NCBI GenBank assembly: GCA_965205675.1
Contig: OZ242186.1
Coordinates: 1,273,533 to 1,305,532 of the forward strand
Source of the DNA: Nitrosopumilus sp.
GTDB lineage: Archaea > Thermoproteota > Nitrososphaeria > Nitrososphaerales > Nitrosopumilaceae
Direction of reading: 5' to 3'
DNA length: 32,000 nucleotides
Positions within the stretch are counted from its first letter, which is position 1; the number at the start of each line of letters is the position of its first letter. Both the position numbers and the translations under genes were made by a program. A model generated the notes under the pieces. The model was not told where the DNA came from and made no database searches. It worked only from the letters and a program-made list of their open reading frames with translations. Below, piece by piece: positions 1 to 8,690 of the stretch.

Positions 1-161
1 TTGATGAAAAAATGAATAAAAGATTTGACGTGCTGGAAGAAAAGATTGAAAAATTACATGATATGATTTTAGATGAACCGCTGAGATCCCTTAAGATAAG
101 ATACGCAAAAGGGTATATTACACGCGATGAATTCCTGTGGATCAAAAATGATTTACTCTAG
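1..161 (+). CDS. 3' end of a CDS entering from the left edge; SHOCT-like C-terminal motif
   Basis: Frame is open from base 3 to TAG at 159-161. The tail ...LRSLKIRYAKGYITRDEFLWIKNDLL resembles the short C-terminal SHOCT motif (G-x-I-T-x-x-E-F-x-x-x-K-x-x-L-L). Confidence 0.4.
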   Translation, partial: DEKMNKRFDVLEEKIEKLHDMILDEPLRSLKIRYAKGYITRDEFLWIKNDLL

Positions 162-260
162 TCTGCACACGTCTTTTTGAAAATGACTCATTTGATAATT
201 ATAATGTGGACCTGCTGAGAGTTGAAATCCCAATCTCCTGGTTTTCAAGTAGGTTATGTC

Positions 261-295
261 AGGCGCGCCAATCTCTTTTTTATCACATTCAAATG
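261..295. repeat. 35-bp direct repeat, left copy (AGGCGCGCCAATCTCTTTTTTATCACATTCAAATG)
   Basis: Base-for-base identical to 5306-5340. Contains the GC-only palindrome GGCGCGCC in an AT-rich context. An imperfect GGTTAT match lies 9 nt further upstream in both copies. Confidence 0.95.
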
Positions 296-380
296 TATAT
301 ATTAAATATTTTCTGAAAATGCATCAAATCTCTAAAAACTAATATGAGCTGAAGAGTAAACGCCCATTGTATGACTGAAC

Positions 381-440
381 ATTCCTTCTCATTCCTTCTC
401 ATTCCTTCTCATTCCTTCTCATTCCTTCTCATTCCTTCTA
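381..440. repeat. Tandem repeat ATTCCTTCTC x6 (last unit ends in A)
   Basis: Six head-to-tail 10-bp units read directly from the sequence. They are intergenic, ~200 bp upstream of the mod start. Confidence 0.95.
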
Positions 441-455
441 TTATGATGGTATCAA

Positions 456-470
456 GGGCAGTACCTGCCC
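456..470. repeat. Inverted repeat GGGCAG-TAC-CTGCCC
   Basis: Perfect 6-bp arms with a 3-nt spacer, between the 10-bp array and the mod promoter region. It could be an operator or a small hairpin. Confidence 0.5.
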
Positions 471-614
471 ATGAATGTGTCAAAGACCCTAGAGATACAA
501 CTCTTAAAACACCCCTCTAAAACAAAACCCGAATCTCAAGAAAACAAAAATTATCATTTACTTGCAAATCCTATACTTTTAGATTTGAGATTCCAAAGAA
601 TTCTCCAATTCTGC

Positions 615-624
615 ATATACAAAA
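615..624 (+). promoter_or_regulatory. TATA-like box ATATACAAAA upstream of mod
   Basis: Ends 19 nt before ATG 644. Same ATACAA core and spacing as the boxes upstream of other first genes in the window. Confidence 0.35.
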
Positions 625-643
625 TGATTTTGGATAGAACAAA

Positions 644-2581
644 ATGACTGTAAGAGTATCTAGAGAATCCTCCGATATCGTGAAAGGAAAAATTCAAATT
701 CTGAAACAAATAATTCCAGAATGTTTTACAGAAGGGACTCTCGATATTGAGAAATTAAAGAATACTGTTGGTCAAACCTTGGACTCTAATGATGAAAAAT
801 ATACTCTGAATTGGGCAGGACGTAACGATACTTTCAAAAATATACAAATACCTATAAGGGATACTCTTGTACCAAACAAAAACGAATCTGTGAAATTTGA
901 TGATACAGAAAATATTTTCATTGAAGGAGAGAATCTTGAAGTTTTAAAGTTATTACAAAGATCATATTTTGGTAAAATCAAAATGATTTACATTGACCCG
1001 CCATACAACACAGGAAAAGATCTTATCTATAAAGATAATTTTCATGAAGATATATCCGAATATTTGAAAGAAACAGGACAGTCAAAAGATGGAATAAAAT
1101 TAACTACAAATCCAGAAACATCTGGGCGTTTTCATTCGGATTGGATTTCTTCTATGTACGCACGATTGTTTATAGCTAGAGATTTACTGACAGATGATGG
1201 TGTGATTTTTGTATCGATTGACGATAAAGAAGTTCATAATTTAAAACTAATAATGAATGAAATCTTTGGCGAAGAAAATTTTATTACGAATATAATTTGG
1301 GAGGGTGGCTTGAAGAATGATTCAACATTTTTTTCAATTTCTCACGATCATATTTTATGCTATGTGAAAAATCAATCTTTATTAAAAAATAATAAAACAA
1401 AATGGAGGTTAGAGAAAAAAGGTATTGATTCAATATATGAGCAAGTAAAAAAATTAAATGAAAATAGTTCTAATCATCAAATACTCTCAAAAGAATTAAA
1501 GAAATGGTATGGGGAATTAGATAAAAACGATCCAGCGTGGAAACATAGACATTATGATGACATTGATGAAAACGGTGTTTTTTTTGGAGGTGATATATCT
1601 TGGCCGGGAAGCGGAGGGCCAAGATATGACGTAATTCATCCAAAAACAAGAAAACCAGTAAAAATTCCAAGATCGGGATGGAGATATTCTAAACAAGAAA
1701 AAATGAATCAGCAAATTAGAGATAATAAAATTCAATTTGGCATAGATGAAACTACTGTTCCAAAAATAAAACGATATTTGCATGAAACTGAAGGTCAAGT
1801 GTACCCAAGTGTAATCTATAAAGATAGACGTGCTGCAAAACAAACACTTGATAGATTATTTCATACAGACATATTTGATGATCCAAAAGACGTAAATGTT
1901 ATTAAAGATTTAATTCGTTTAATTACAGAACGCGATGACATCATCCTAGATTTCTTTGCGGGTTCTGGAACTACTGCACATGCAGTCATGGAATTAAATA
2001 AAGATGATGAAGGAAATAGAAAATTTATTTGTATTCAAATACCAGAAATAATAATTGATAAACCAAAAAACAAATCTACACGAGACTTCTTAAAACAAAT
2101 AAAAAAACCCATTAATATCGCTGAAATATGCAAAGAAAGAATAAGACGTGTCATCAAAAATATAGATCCAAACTCAGATTTGGATCTGGGTTTTAAAGTA
2201 TTCAAACTTGCAAAATCCAATTACAAGATATGGGAAAATTATCTAGGTAAGGATGAAAAAGAATTGGAAAAACAAATTAAATTGTTTGAATCTCCTCTAA
2301 TAGAGAAATATACAGATGAAGATGTGATATACGAATGTATTATTAAAGAAGGATATAATTTCAACAGTAAAATTGAAAAATTAAAAATAAAATCAAATAC
2401 AGTATACAAAATTACGGATACGACTAATTCATTTTATATCTGTCTTGACAAAACAATTACAGATGATATTATCAAAGAAGTAAAGATAATTAATAATGAT
2501 ATCTTGATTTGTATTGATGCGGCACTTGATGATAGTCAAAAAACAAATCTGTCCAATCAGTGCAATCTAAAAACACTTTAG
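644..2581 (+). CDS. mod: Type III restriction-modification DNA methyltransferase (Mod; beta-class N6-adenine type)
   Basis: IYIDPPYNTG (motif IV) near aa 117. SDWISSMYARLFIARDLLTDDGVIFVSIDDKEVHNLKLIMNEIFGEENF is typical of Mod subunits. ILDFFAGSGTTAHAVMELN (motif I) lies near aa 440. Motif order IV then I, and res follows immediately downstream. Confidence 0.9.
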   Translation: MTVRVSRESSDIVKGKIQILKQIIPECFTEGTLDIEKLKNTVGQTLDSNDEKYTLNWAGRNDTFKNIQIPIRDTLVPNKNESVKFDDTENIFIEGENLEVLKLLQRSYFGKIKMIYIDPPYNTGKDLIYKDNFHEDISEYLKETGQSKDGIKLTTNPETSGRFHSDWISSMYARLFIARDLLTDDGVIFVSIDDKEVHNLKLIMNEIFGEENFITNIIWEGGLKNDSTFFSISHDHILCYVKNQSLLKNNKTKWRLEKKGIDSIYEQVKKLNENSSNHQILSKELKKWYGELDKNDPAWKHRHYDDIDENGVFFGGDISWPGSGGPRYDVIHPKTRKPVKIPRSGWRYSKQEKMNQQIRDNKIQFGIDETTVPKIKRYLHETEGQVYPSVIYKDRRAAKQTLDRLFHTDIFDDPKDVNVIKDLIRLITERDDIILDFFAGSGTTAHAVMELNKDDEGNRKFICIQIPEIIIDKPKNKSTRDFLKQIKKPINIAEICKERIRRVIKNIDPNSDLDLGFKVFKLAKSNYKIWENYLGKDEKELEKQIKLFESPLIEKYTDEDVIYECIIKEGYNFNSKIEKLKIKSNTVYKITDTTNSFYICLDKTITDDIIKEVKIINNDILICIDAALDDSQKTNLSNQCNLKTL

Positions 2582-2586
2582 GCTAT

Positions 2587-5169
2587 ATGATGGAACTGAA
2601 ATTTCAAAGCAATTTAGATTTTCAGTTAGATGCAATAAATTCTACTGTAGATATTTTTGAATCCCAAGAATTTACTCGAGAATCATTTGCCTTGATCTCA
2701 GAAAATGGGGTAATTCCAAACAAACTTGATTTGACACAAGAACAAATCTTAGCAAATATCAATAAAATCCAAAAAAGTAACAATATCGCACCAACCAATG
2801 AACTAAATGGAATGAACTTTTCAATAGAGATGGAAACCGGAACTGGTAAAACCTATGTGTATATCAGAACCGTTTTTGAATTATATCAAAATTATGGATT
2901 CAAAAAATTCATTGTGATTGTTCCTTCAATAGCAATAAAAGAAGGTGTTCTTAAAACCTTGGAAATTACCAAAAAACATCTTAAGGAAATCTATGCAAAT
3001 ACACCTTATAGTTACTACGAGTACGATTCAAAAAAAATCAACCTAATAAGACAATTTTCCAGATCAAATAAAATAGAAATTATGATTATGACAATTGATT
3101 CATTTAACAAAGACATCAACATAATGAACCAACAAAGAGACAATCTTTATGGAGAAAAACCAGTAGATCTTGTTAATAAAACTCAACCCATTCTGCTTTT
3201 GGATGAACCGCAAAACATGGAAAGTGACACTGCCAAGCAGGCAATTTCTAATTTGAATCCTTTGTTCACCCTGAGGTATTCTGCAACTCATAAAAATTAT
3301 TACAATCTGATATATCGATTAACCCCAGTTGATGCTTATCAGAAAAACCTTGTAAAGAAGATTGATGTAATGTCTGTTCTCAAGGAAGGTGATTTTAACA
3401 ATGTTTTTATCCGTTGCGTCAAAATCATAGCAGAAAAGAAAGGAATTAAGACAAAACTGTTGCTAAATAAAAAACTAGTAAATGGGTACAAGGCGACAGA
3501 AATGATTCTAAAATATGGAGAATGTCTTGCTCAGAAAACACACAATTCAGAGTATGATGGATTTATAGTAACTGAAATCAACGCAAGACACAACTTTGTT
3601 AAATTTTCAAATGGTATTAAGATTGGATTAGGAGAAGAACAAGGAGGAGACAGAAAAGAACTCATGCACATGCAAATAGAGCACACAATTCAAGAGCATT
3701 TTGAAAAATTTCTTATATTAAAACCACTTGGAATCAAACCGCTTTCATTGTTTTTCGTAGATAGCGTTGATAATTATCTTGCAAGAGATGGATTCATCAG
3801 AAAATCATTTGAAAAGTCTTTTGAAAAACTCAAAAAACAATACCGCGACTTTGAGAATATCGATGCCAAAGATATTCACTCAGGTTACTTTTCAAAACTA
3901 AAATCCGAAAAAGGGATGCAACAAGACAAAGACACTTTTGATCTGATCATGAGAGATAAGGAACGATTACTGTCATTTGATGAACCTATACAGTTTATTT
4001 TTTCACACTCTGCACTGCGGGAAGGTTGGGATAATCCCAACGTGTTTAACATTTGTACTCTGAATCAAACTATTTCGGGAATCAAAAAACGACAAGAAAT
4101 TGGAAGGGGTATGAGATTGCCGGTAAATCAAGAAGGAGATCGTCTTTATGGCGATCAGAATATTTTGACTGTAATTGCAAATGAAAACTATGCAAATTAT
4201 GCATCAAGACTACAGACGGAGTATGAAGAAGATTATGGTGCAGGTAGTTCTCCTGATATTCATAATAGAAAAAAGCGAACCGTGCTAAAACTAAAGAAGG
4301 GATTCAAACTCAATCCGGAATTTCAAGAACTTTGGAGACGCGTCTCTAAAAAAACAAAATATGCCATAAAACTAGATACTGGAAAATTAATTGATTCGTG
4401 TGTTTCTGAGATAGAGTCAAGTGTATCAGTAGATTCAATTAACATCCACATTACAACAGCATCCCTGGCATTGTCTGAAAACCAATCTCATTACAAAGTA
4501 GAGACGGATGTTTTAGGTACTGAAAGACCCCCAATCAAAAAGGATTTCCCGATACCTGATATTATAGAGCAGTTAAGCGATGAAACAAAACTAACCCGTT
4601 CTACAATTGTAAATATTCTAACAAAAATCAACAACTTGAATCTTGTATTTGCAAACCCTCAGTCATTCTTACTATCTGTTTCTCATATCATTAAAGAAAA
4701 ACTAGCTGACTTTCTTGTAGATGGTGTACAATATTTGGAAGTAGATGATTATTACAAAATGGAATTATTTCAAGACATTCTTACTTATGAAGATACAATT
4801 ATTCCTGTGAAGCATTCAATTTATGACAAAATAGTCTGGGATTCAAAAATTGAAGAAAAATTTGCCAATGACCTAAATGAAATGAATAATATCAAGCTCT
4901 TCATAAAATTACCTAACTGGTTTGTAATTGATACTCCCATTGGGAACTATAATCCTGATTGGGCAGTTGTCATAGAGGATGTTGATTCGCACAGAAGATC
5001 TAGAGAGAGATTGTATTTTGTAACTGAAACCAAGGCAATTCCAAATCTTAATGAATTAAGACCTAATGAAAAGAAAAAGATATCATGTGGAAAAAAACAC
5101 TTTGGAAAAATCAATGTTACATATCATGTTGCCACCAGTGTTGATAAATTACTGCAAAAACTTGCTTGA
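2587..5169 (+). CDS. res: Type III restriction enzyme Res subunit (SF2 helicase plus C-terminal PD-(D/E)xK nuclease)
   Basis: METGTGKTY (helicase motif I), LLLDEPQNM (motif II), SALREGWDNPNVF (motif VI-like), and C-terminal NPDWAV...FVTETK nuclease motif. ATG 2587 lies just after the mod stop. The track start GTG 2560 would overlap mod by 22 nt. Confidence 0.9.
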   Translation: MMELKFQSNLDFQLDAINSTVDIFESQEFTRESFALISENGVIPNKLDLTQEQILANINKIQKSNNIAPTNELNGMNFSIEMETGTGKTYVYIRTVFELYQNYGFKKFIVIVPSIAIKEGVLKTLEITKKHLKEIYANTPYSYYEYDSKKINLIRQFSRSNKIEIMIMTIDSFNKDINIMNQQRDNLYGEKPVDLVNKTQPILLLDEPQNMESDTAKQAISNLNPLFTLRYSATHKNYYNLIYRLTPVDAYQKNLVKKIDVMSVLKEGDFNNVFIRCVKIIAEKKGIKTKLLLNKKLVNGYKATEMILKYGECLAQKTHNSEYDGFIVTEINARHNFVKFSNGIKIGLGEEQGGDRKELMHMQIEHTIQEHFEKFLILKPLGIKPLSLFFVDSVDNYLARDGFIRKSFEKSFEKLKKQYRDFENIDAKDIHSGYFSKLKSEKGMQQDKDTFDLIMRDKERLLSFDEPIQFIFSHSALREGWDNPNVFNICTLNQTISGIKKRQEIGRGMRLPVNQEGDRLYGDQNILTVIANENYANYASRLQTEYEEDYGAGSSPDIHNRKKRTVLKLKKGFKLNPEFQELWRRVSKKTKYAIKLDTGKLIDSCVSEIESSVSVDSINIHITTASLALSENQSHYKVETDVLGTERPPIKKDFPIPDIIEQLSDETKLTRSTIVNILTKINNLNLVFANPQSFLLSVSHIIKEKLADFLVDGVQYLEVDDYYKMELFQDILTYEDTIIPVKHSIYDKIVWDSKIEEKFANDLNEMNNIKLFIKLPNWFVIDTPIGNYNPDWAVVIEDVDSHRRSRERLYFVTETKAIPNLNELRPNEKKKISCGKKHFGKINVTYHVATSVDKLLQKLA

Positions 5170-5305
5170 TTGTATAAAAAAAATCTAAAAAAAATTCAAA
5201 CGAATTCACATTTGACACGCAAAAACAGATGCATAGATCTGAATATGTTACTAGATTTGATAAATAATGAATGCTAATAAGATTAGTTCTTACTTGGGTT
5301 ATCCT

Positions 5306-5340
5306 AGGCGCGCCAATCTCTTTTTTATCACATTCAAATG
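5306..5340. repeat. 35-bp direct repeat, right copy
   Basis: Identical to 261-295. Its terminal ATG (5338-5340) is the start codon of ORF 5338-5640. Confidence 0.95.
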
Positions 5341-5640
5341 AAATGTTGGGATAAAGGATTGCCAGTACAGAAGACTAGAGCGTCTGCAAATATGTCATAC
5401 TATGAATTTTTTAAAATACCCGAAAAATGTCGCGGTTTTGAGTTTGTTGAAAAGTGGTGTGTGTGCCCTCTGTGTGAAATCAGAGTTCAGTTGTGCCGCA
5501 TAGGAATGCTAAATGATTTCATCTATGGGTATGAGAGATGTTCTGTATGTTTTGTAAAAATACCGTTGCCAAAATATATCACATCATTTCTAAAAAAACA
5601 ATCAAGTACAAAAAACCAAAAGACCCTGTCTTGTTTTTAG
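5338..5640 (+). CDS. Hypothetical small Cys-rich protein (possible zinc ribbon)
   Basis: 100-aa ORF with CVCPLC...CSVC cysteine pairs. The start codon lies inside the direct repeat. No other support. Confidence 0.25.
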   Translation: MKCWDKGLPVQKTRASANMSYYEFFKIPEKCRGFEFVEKWCVCPLCEIRVQLCRIGMLNDFIYGYERCSVCFVKIPLPKYITSFLKKQSSTKNQKTLSCF

Positions 5641-5789
5641 ACTGGAAATTCCACATCATTTGATATGCCAAGAGACATGATATGCGCTCTGAGAACTTTG
5701 AGATGGGATATCCAAAAAGAACATGCAAGAACATCAAAAAACTTTTTGGCATATGATTTCTTTGCAACCTTACAGGTAAGGGACTTTGG

Positions 5790-5799
5790 TTTATACATT
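5790..5799 (+). promoter_or_regulatory. TATA-like box TTTATACATT
   Basis: Ends 19 nt before ATG 5819. This favours ATG 5819 over the track's TTG 5786, which lies just upstream of the box (5790-5799). Confidence 0.35.
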
Positions 5800-5818
5800 G
5801 AATGAACCAAAAGGCTCC

Positions 5819-8653
5819 ATGCCATACAATACAAAGTCAATTCGCAAAAGACCGGTAAAGTCATTTTATTCCATGACTAATCCCAACATCCGCAAAAACT
5901 CCAAGGTATATCATATGCTAAAGCACGGTCCATTCCCTGAGAGTTTCTCATATCTTGTAAATGATGGCAAAATAACCAAGGAAGGAAGATGGCTGATGCT
6001 TGCATGTGATATGGGACTGTCGTTTGCAGAACTGTGTGTGCTTGTGTATATCGTCAGGTATTGTACCGGTACAATTTCACGCCAGATGATTCATGATTTT
6101 TTTGTGGGCGTGATGCCCTTGCAACGTGTCGTTAATACCTTATCCAAACTAAAGAGTGCAAAATATGTAAACGCTGATGCAACTTCTCTGGCAGTTACAG
6201 ATAAAACAAAATCTTTGGTAGACTCTCACAAGATAGAGTTTCAGCAACTGCACCTGTATGTTGAGACATTAACAAAATCAAAAAAGACTAATGTTCCAAT
6301 GGTAAAGGACGCCCCTCGCAAAAACTTTGAAGGAATAACAAACAGATCATGCATCCGCAAAAACTCCAAGGTGTATCATATGCTAAAGCACGGTCCATTC
6401 CCTGAGAGTTTCTCATATCTTGTAAATGATGGCAAAATAACCAAGGAAGGAAGATGGCTGATGCTTGCATGTGACATGGGACTGTCATTTGCAGAACTGT
6501 GTGTGCTCGTGTATATCGTCAGGTATTGTACCGGTACAATTTCACGCCAGATGATTCATGATTTTTTTGTGGGTGTGATGCCATTGCAAAGAGTTGTAGA
6601 CATACTCTCCAAACTAAAGAGTGCAAAATATGTAAACGCTGATGCGACTTCTCTGGCAGTTACAGATAAAACAAAATCTTTGGTAGACTCTCACAAGATA
6701 GAGTTTCAGCAACTGCACCTGTATGTTGAGACATTAACAAAATCAAAAAAGACTAATGTTCCAATGGTAAAGGATACTCCTCGCAAAAACTTTGAAGGAA
6801 TAACAAACAGATCATGCATCCGCAAAAACTCCAAGGTATATCATATGCTAAAGCACGGTCCATTCCCTGAGAGTTTCTCATATCTTGTAAATGATGGCAA
6901 AATAACCAAGGAAGGAAGATGGCTGCTGCTTGCATGTGACATGGGACTGTCATTTGCAGAGCTGTGTGTGCTCGTGTATATCGTCAGGTATTGTACCGGT
7001 ACAATTTTACGCCAGATGATTCATGATTTTTTTGTGGGTGTGATGCCATTGCAAAGAGTTGTAGACATACTCTCCAAACTAAAGAGTGCAAAATATGTAA
7101 ACGCTGATGCGACTTCTCTGGCAGTTACAGATAAAACAAAATCTTTGGTAGACTCTCACAAGATAGAGTTTCAGCAACTGCACCTGTATGTTGAGACATT
7201 AACAAAATCAAAAAAGACTAATGTTCCAATGGTAAAGGACGCCCCTCGCAAAAACTTTGAAGGAATAACAAACAGATCATGCATCCGCAAAAACTCCAAG
7301 GTATATCATATGCTAAAGCACGGTCCATTCCCTGAGAGTTTCTCATATCTTGTAAATGATGGTAAAATAACCAAGGAAGGTCGGTGGCTGCTGCTTGCAT
7401 GTGACATGGGACTGTCATTTGCAGAACTGTGTGTGCTTGTGTATATCGTCAGGTATTGTACCGGTACAATTTCACGCCAGATGATTCATGATTTTTTTGT
7501 AGGCGTGATGCCCTTGCAACGTGTCGTTAATACCTTATCCAAACTAAAGAGTGCAAAATATGTAAACGCCGATGCGACTTCTCTGGCAGTTACAGATAAA
7601 ACAAAATCTTTGGTAGACTCTCACAAGATAGAGTTTCAGCAACTGCACCTGTATGTTGAGACATTAAAAAAATCAAAAAAGACTAATGTTCCAATGGTAA
7701 AGGACGCCCCTCGCAAAAACTTTGAAGGAATAACAAACAGATCATGCATCCGCAAAAACTCCAAGGTATATCATATGCTAAAGCACGGTCCATTCCCTGA
7801 GAGTTTCTCATATCTTGTAAATGATGGCAAAATAACCAAGGAAGGAAGATGGCTGATGCTTGCATGTGACATGGGACTGTCATTTGCAGAACTGTGTGTG
7901 CTTGTGTATATCGTCAGGTATTGTACCGGTACAATTTCACGCCAGATGATTCATGATTTTTTTGTGGGTGTGATGCCATTGCAAAGAGTTGTAGACATAC
8001 TCTCCAAACTAAAGAGTGCAAAATATGTAAACGCTGATGCGACTTCTCTGGCAGTTACGGGCAAAACTAGAATATTGATAGATTCACAACAATCAGATCT
8101 TCTGAAATTGTATCAGTATGTTGAGACATTAAAAAAATCAAAAAAGAATAATGTTCAAATGGTAAAGGATACTCCTCGCAAAAACTTTGAAGGAATAACA
8201 AACAACTCGTACATCCGCAAAAACTCCAAGGTGTATCATATGCTAAAGCACGGTCCATTCCCTGAGAGTTTCTCATATCTTGTAAATGATGGCAAAATAA
8301 CCAAGGAAGGAAGATGGCTGCTGCTTGCATGTGATATGGGACTGTCATTTGCAGAACTGTGTGTGCTTGGATACCTGGTTATGTTGCATCGCAGTTGGCT
8401 AAAAGACCCAGGTTCCATGTCGTGGATGCATAGACCATTGGTGTATACTTCGTTTGACGAGTTTCTTGGTTTTTGGTCAGTTCAAAAATTCTTTGCAAAG
8501 TTCAAAAAGATGGGATTCATCAAGGTGCACACACCGGGACTTCGCGCAGTGAAATTTAACCCGGGATTCATAGATGCATTCATCAAATCCCATACACGAG
8601 AACTTGACGAGCTTGAGGTATACGTAAAGGAACATCTTGAACTGCCTTTGTGA
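5819..8653 (+). CDS. Repeat protein: five near-identical 155-aa winged-helix-like modules plus a sixth, diverged C-terminal module
   Basis: Single uninterrupted ORF across the 465-bp array. Each unit carries LSFAELCVLVYIVRYCTGTISRQMIHDFFVGVMPLQRVV(N/D)(T/I)LSKLKSAKYVNAD...LAVTDKTKSLV, a MarR-like helix-turn-helix plus wing pattern (fold inferred by eye). Confidence 0.75.
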   Translation: MPYNTKSIRKRPVKSFYSMTNPNIRKNSKVYHMLKHGPFPESFSYLVNDGKITKEGRWLMLACDMGLSFAELCVLVYIVRYCTGTISRQMIHDFFVGVMPLQRVVNTLSKLKSAKYVNADATSLAVTDKTKSLVDSHKIEFQQLHLYVETLTKSKKTNVPMVKDAPRKNFEGITNRSCIRKNSKVYHMLKHGPFPESFSYLVNDGKITKEGRWLMLACDMGLSFAELCVLVYIVRYCTGTISRQMIHDFFVGVMPLQRVVDILSKLKSAKYVNADATSLAVTDKTKSLVDSHKIEFQQLHLYVETLTKSKKTNVPMVKDTPRKNFEGITNRSCIRKNSKVYHMLKHGPFPESFSYLVNDGKITKEGRWLLLACDMGLSFAELCVLVYIVRYCTGTILRQMIHDFFVGVMPLQRVVDILSKLKSAKYVNADATSLAVTDKTKSLVDSHKIEFQQLHLYVETLTKSKKTNVPMVKDAPRKNFEGITNRSCIRKNSKVYHMLKHGPFPESFSYLVNDGKITKEGRWLLLACDMGLSFAELCVLVYIVRYCTGTISRQMIHDFFVGVMPLQRVVNTLSKLKSAKYVNADATSLAVTDKTKSLVDSHKIEFQQLHLYVETLKKSKKTNVPMVKDAPRKNFEGITNRSCIRKNSKVYHMLKHGPFPESFSYLVNDGKITKEGRWLMLACDMGLSFAELCVLVYIVRYCTGTISRQMIHDFFVGVMPLQRVVDILSKLKSAKYVNADATSLAVTGKTRILIDSQQSDLLKLYQYVETLKKSKKNNVQMVKDTPRKNFEGITNNSYIRKNSKVYHMLKHGPFPESFSYLVNDGKITKEGRWLLLACDMGLSFAELCVLGYLVMLHRSWLKDPGSMSWMHRPLVYTSFDEFLGFWSVQKFFAKFKKMGFIKVHTPGLRAVKFNPGFIDAFIKSHTRELDELEVYVKEHLELPL
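5888..8369. repeat. 465-bp tandem repeat, 5.34 copies
   Basis: ATCCGCAAAAACTCCAAGGT recurs at 5888, 6353, 6818, 7283, 7748 and 8213, an exact 465-bp period. Identity with the previous copy is lost at 8370. Confidence 0.95.
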
Positions 8654-8663
8654 TAAAATCGGG

Positions 8664-8673
8664 TTAAATACAA
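8664..8673 (+). promoter_or_regulatory. TATA-like box TTAAATACAA
   Basis: 17 nt separate the box from ATG 8691. Shares the TTAA(A)TACAA motif with 13118, 16906 and 21613. Confidence 0.4.
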
Positions 8674-8690
8674 TTTCTGTCGTATAATAC

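Larger units (their letters stand above)
261..5340. mobile_element. Putative inserted Type III R-M cassette bounded by the 35-bp direct repeats (no recombinase inside)
   Basis: Perfect direct repeats flank only mod and res plus their upstream region. Hand-counted GC is low (15/60 for 1021-1080), against 45-53% in sampled lines of neighbouring blocks. Confidence 0.4.

Noticed and set aside
221-240. tRNA fragment or att site: GTTGAAATCCC resembles a T-loop (GTTCAAATCC) just left of the 35-bp direct repeat
   Set aside because: The flanking bases cannot form a T-stem (GAGAG versus CCCAA), and no acceptor or anticodon arms can be folded. I found no tRNA anywhere in the window by eye.
381-440. A CRISPR array, considered here and at 11366-11414 and 14280-14564
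   Set aside because: The repeats are head-to-tail with no spacers and the units are only 10-15 bp. There are no cas genes in the window.
190-5305. Extended homology upstream of the direct repeats (ATTTGATAA…ATAATG at ~190 and ~5255)
   Set aside because: The matches lie at different distances from the repeats (71 versus 51 nt) and are short AT-rich strings, so they are probably chance.
5579-5864. Two reverse-strand ORFs (62 and 75 aa) between the Cys-rich ORF and the repeat gene
   Set aside because: They overlap each other, the putative promoter and the 5' end of 5819-8653. Their composition is not protein-like (Cys, Trp and Phe-rich with no motifs).
6288-8348. Five reverse-strand ORFs (66-93 aa; 6288-6488, 6753-6953, 7218-7418, 7683-7883, 8067-8348) with near-identical sequences
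   Set aside because: They are the same antisense frame of the 465-bp repeat, copied once per unit. The forward frame is continuous for 945+ codons with domain-like sequence, so these are repeat-generated shadow ORFs.
5888-8369. A diversity-generating retroelement or programmed hypervariation as the cause of repeat differences
   Set aside because: There is no reverse transcriptase or template/variable repeat pair. The differences are few and shared between units in cassette fashion, consistent with ordinary unequal recombination or gene conversion.
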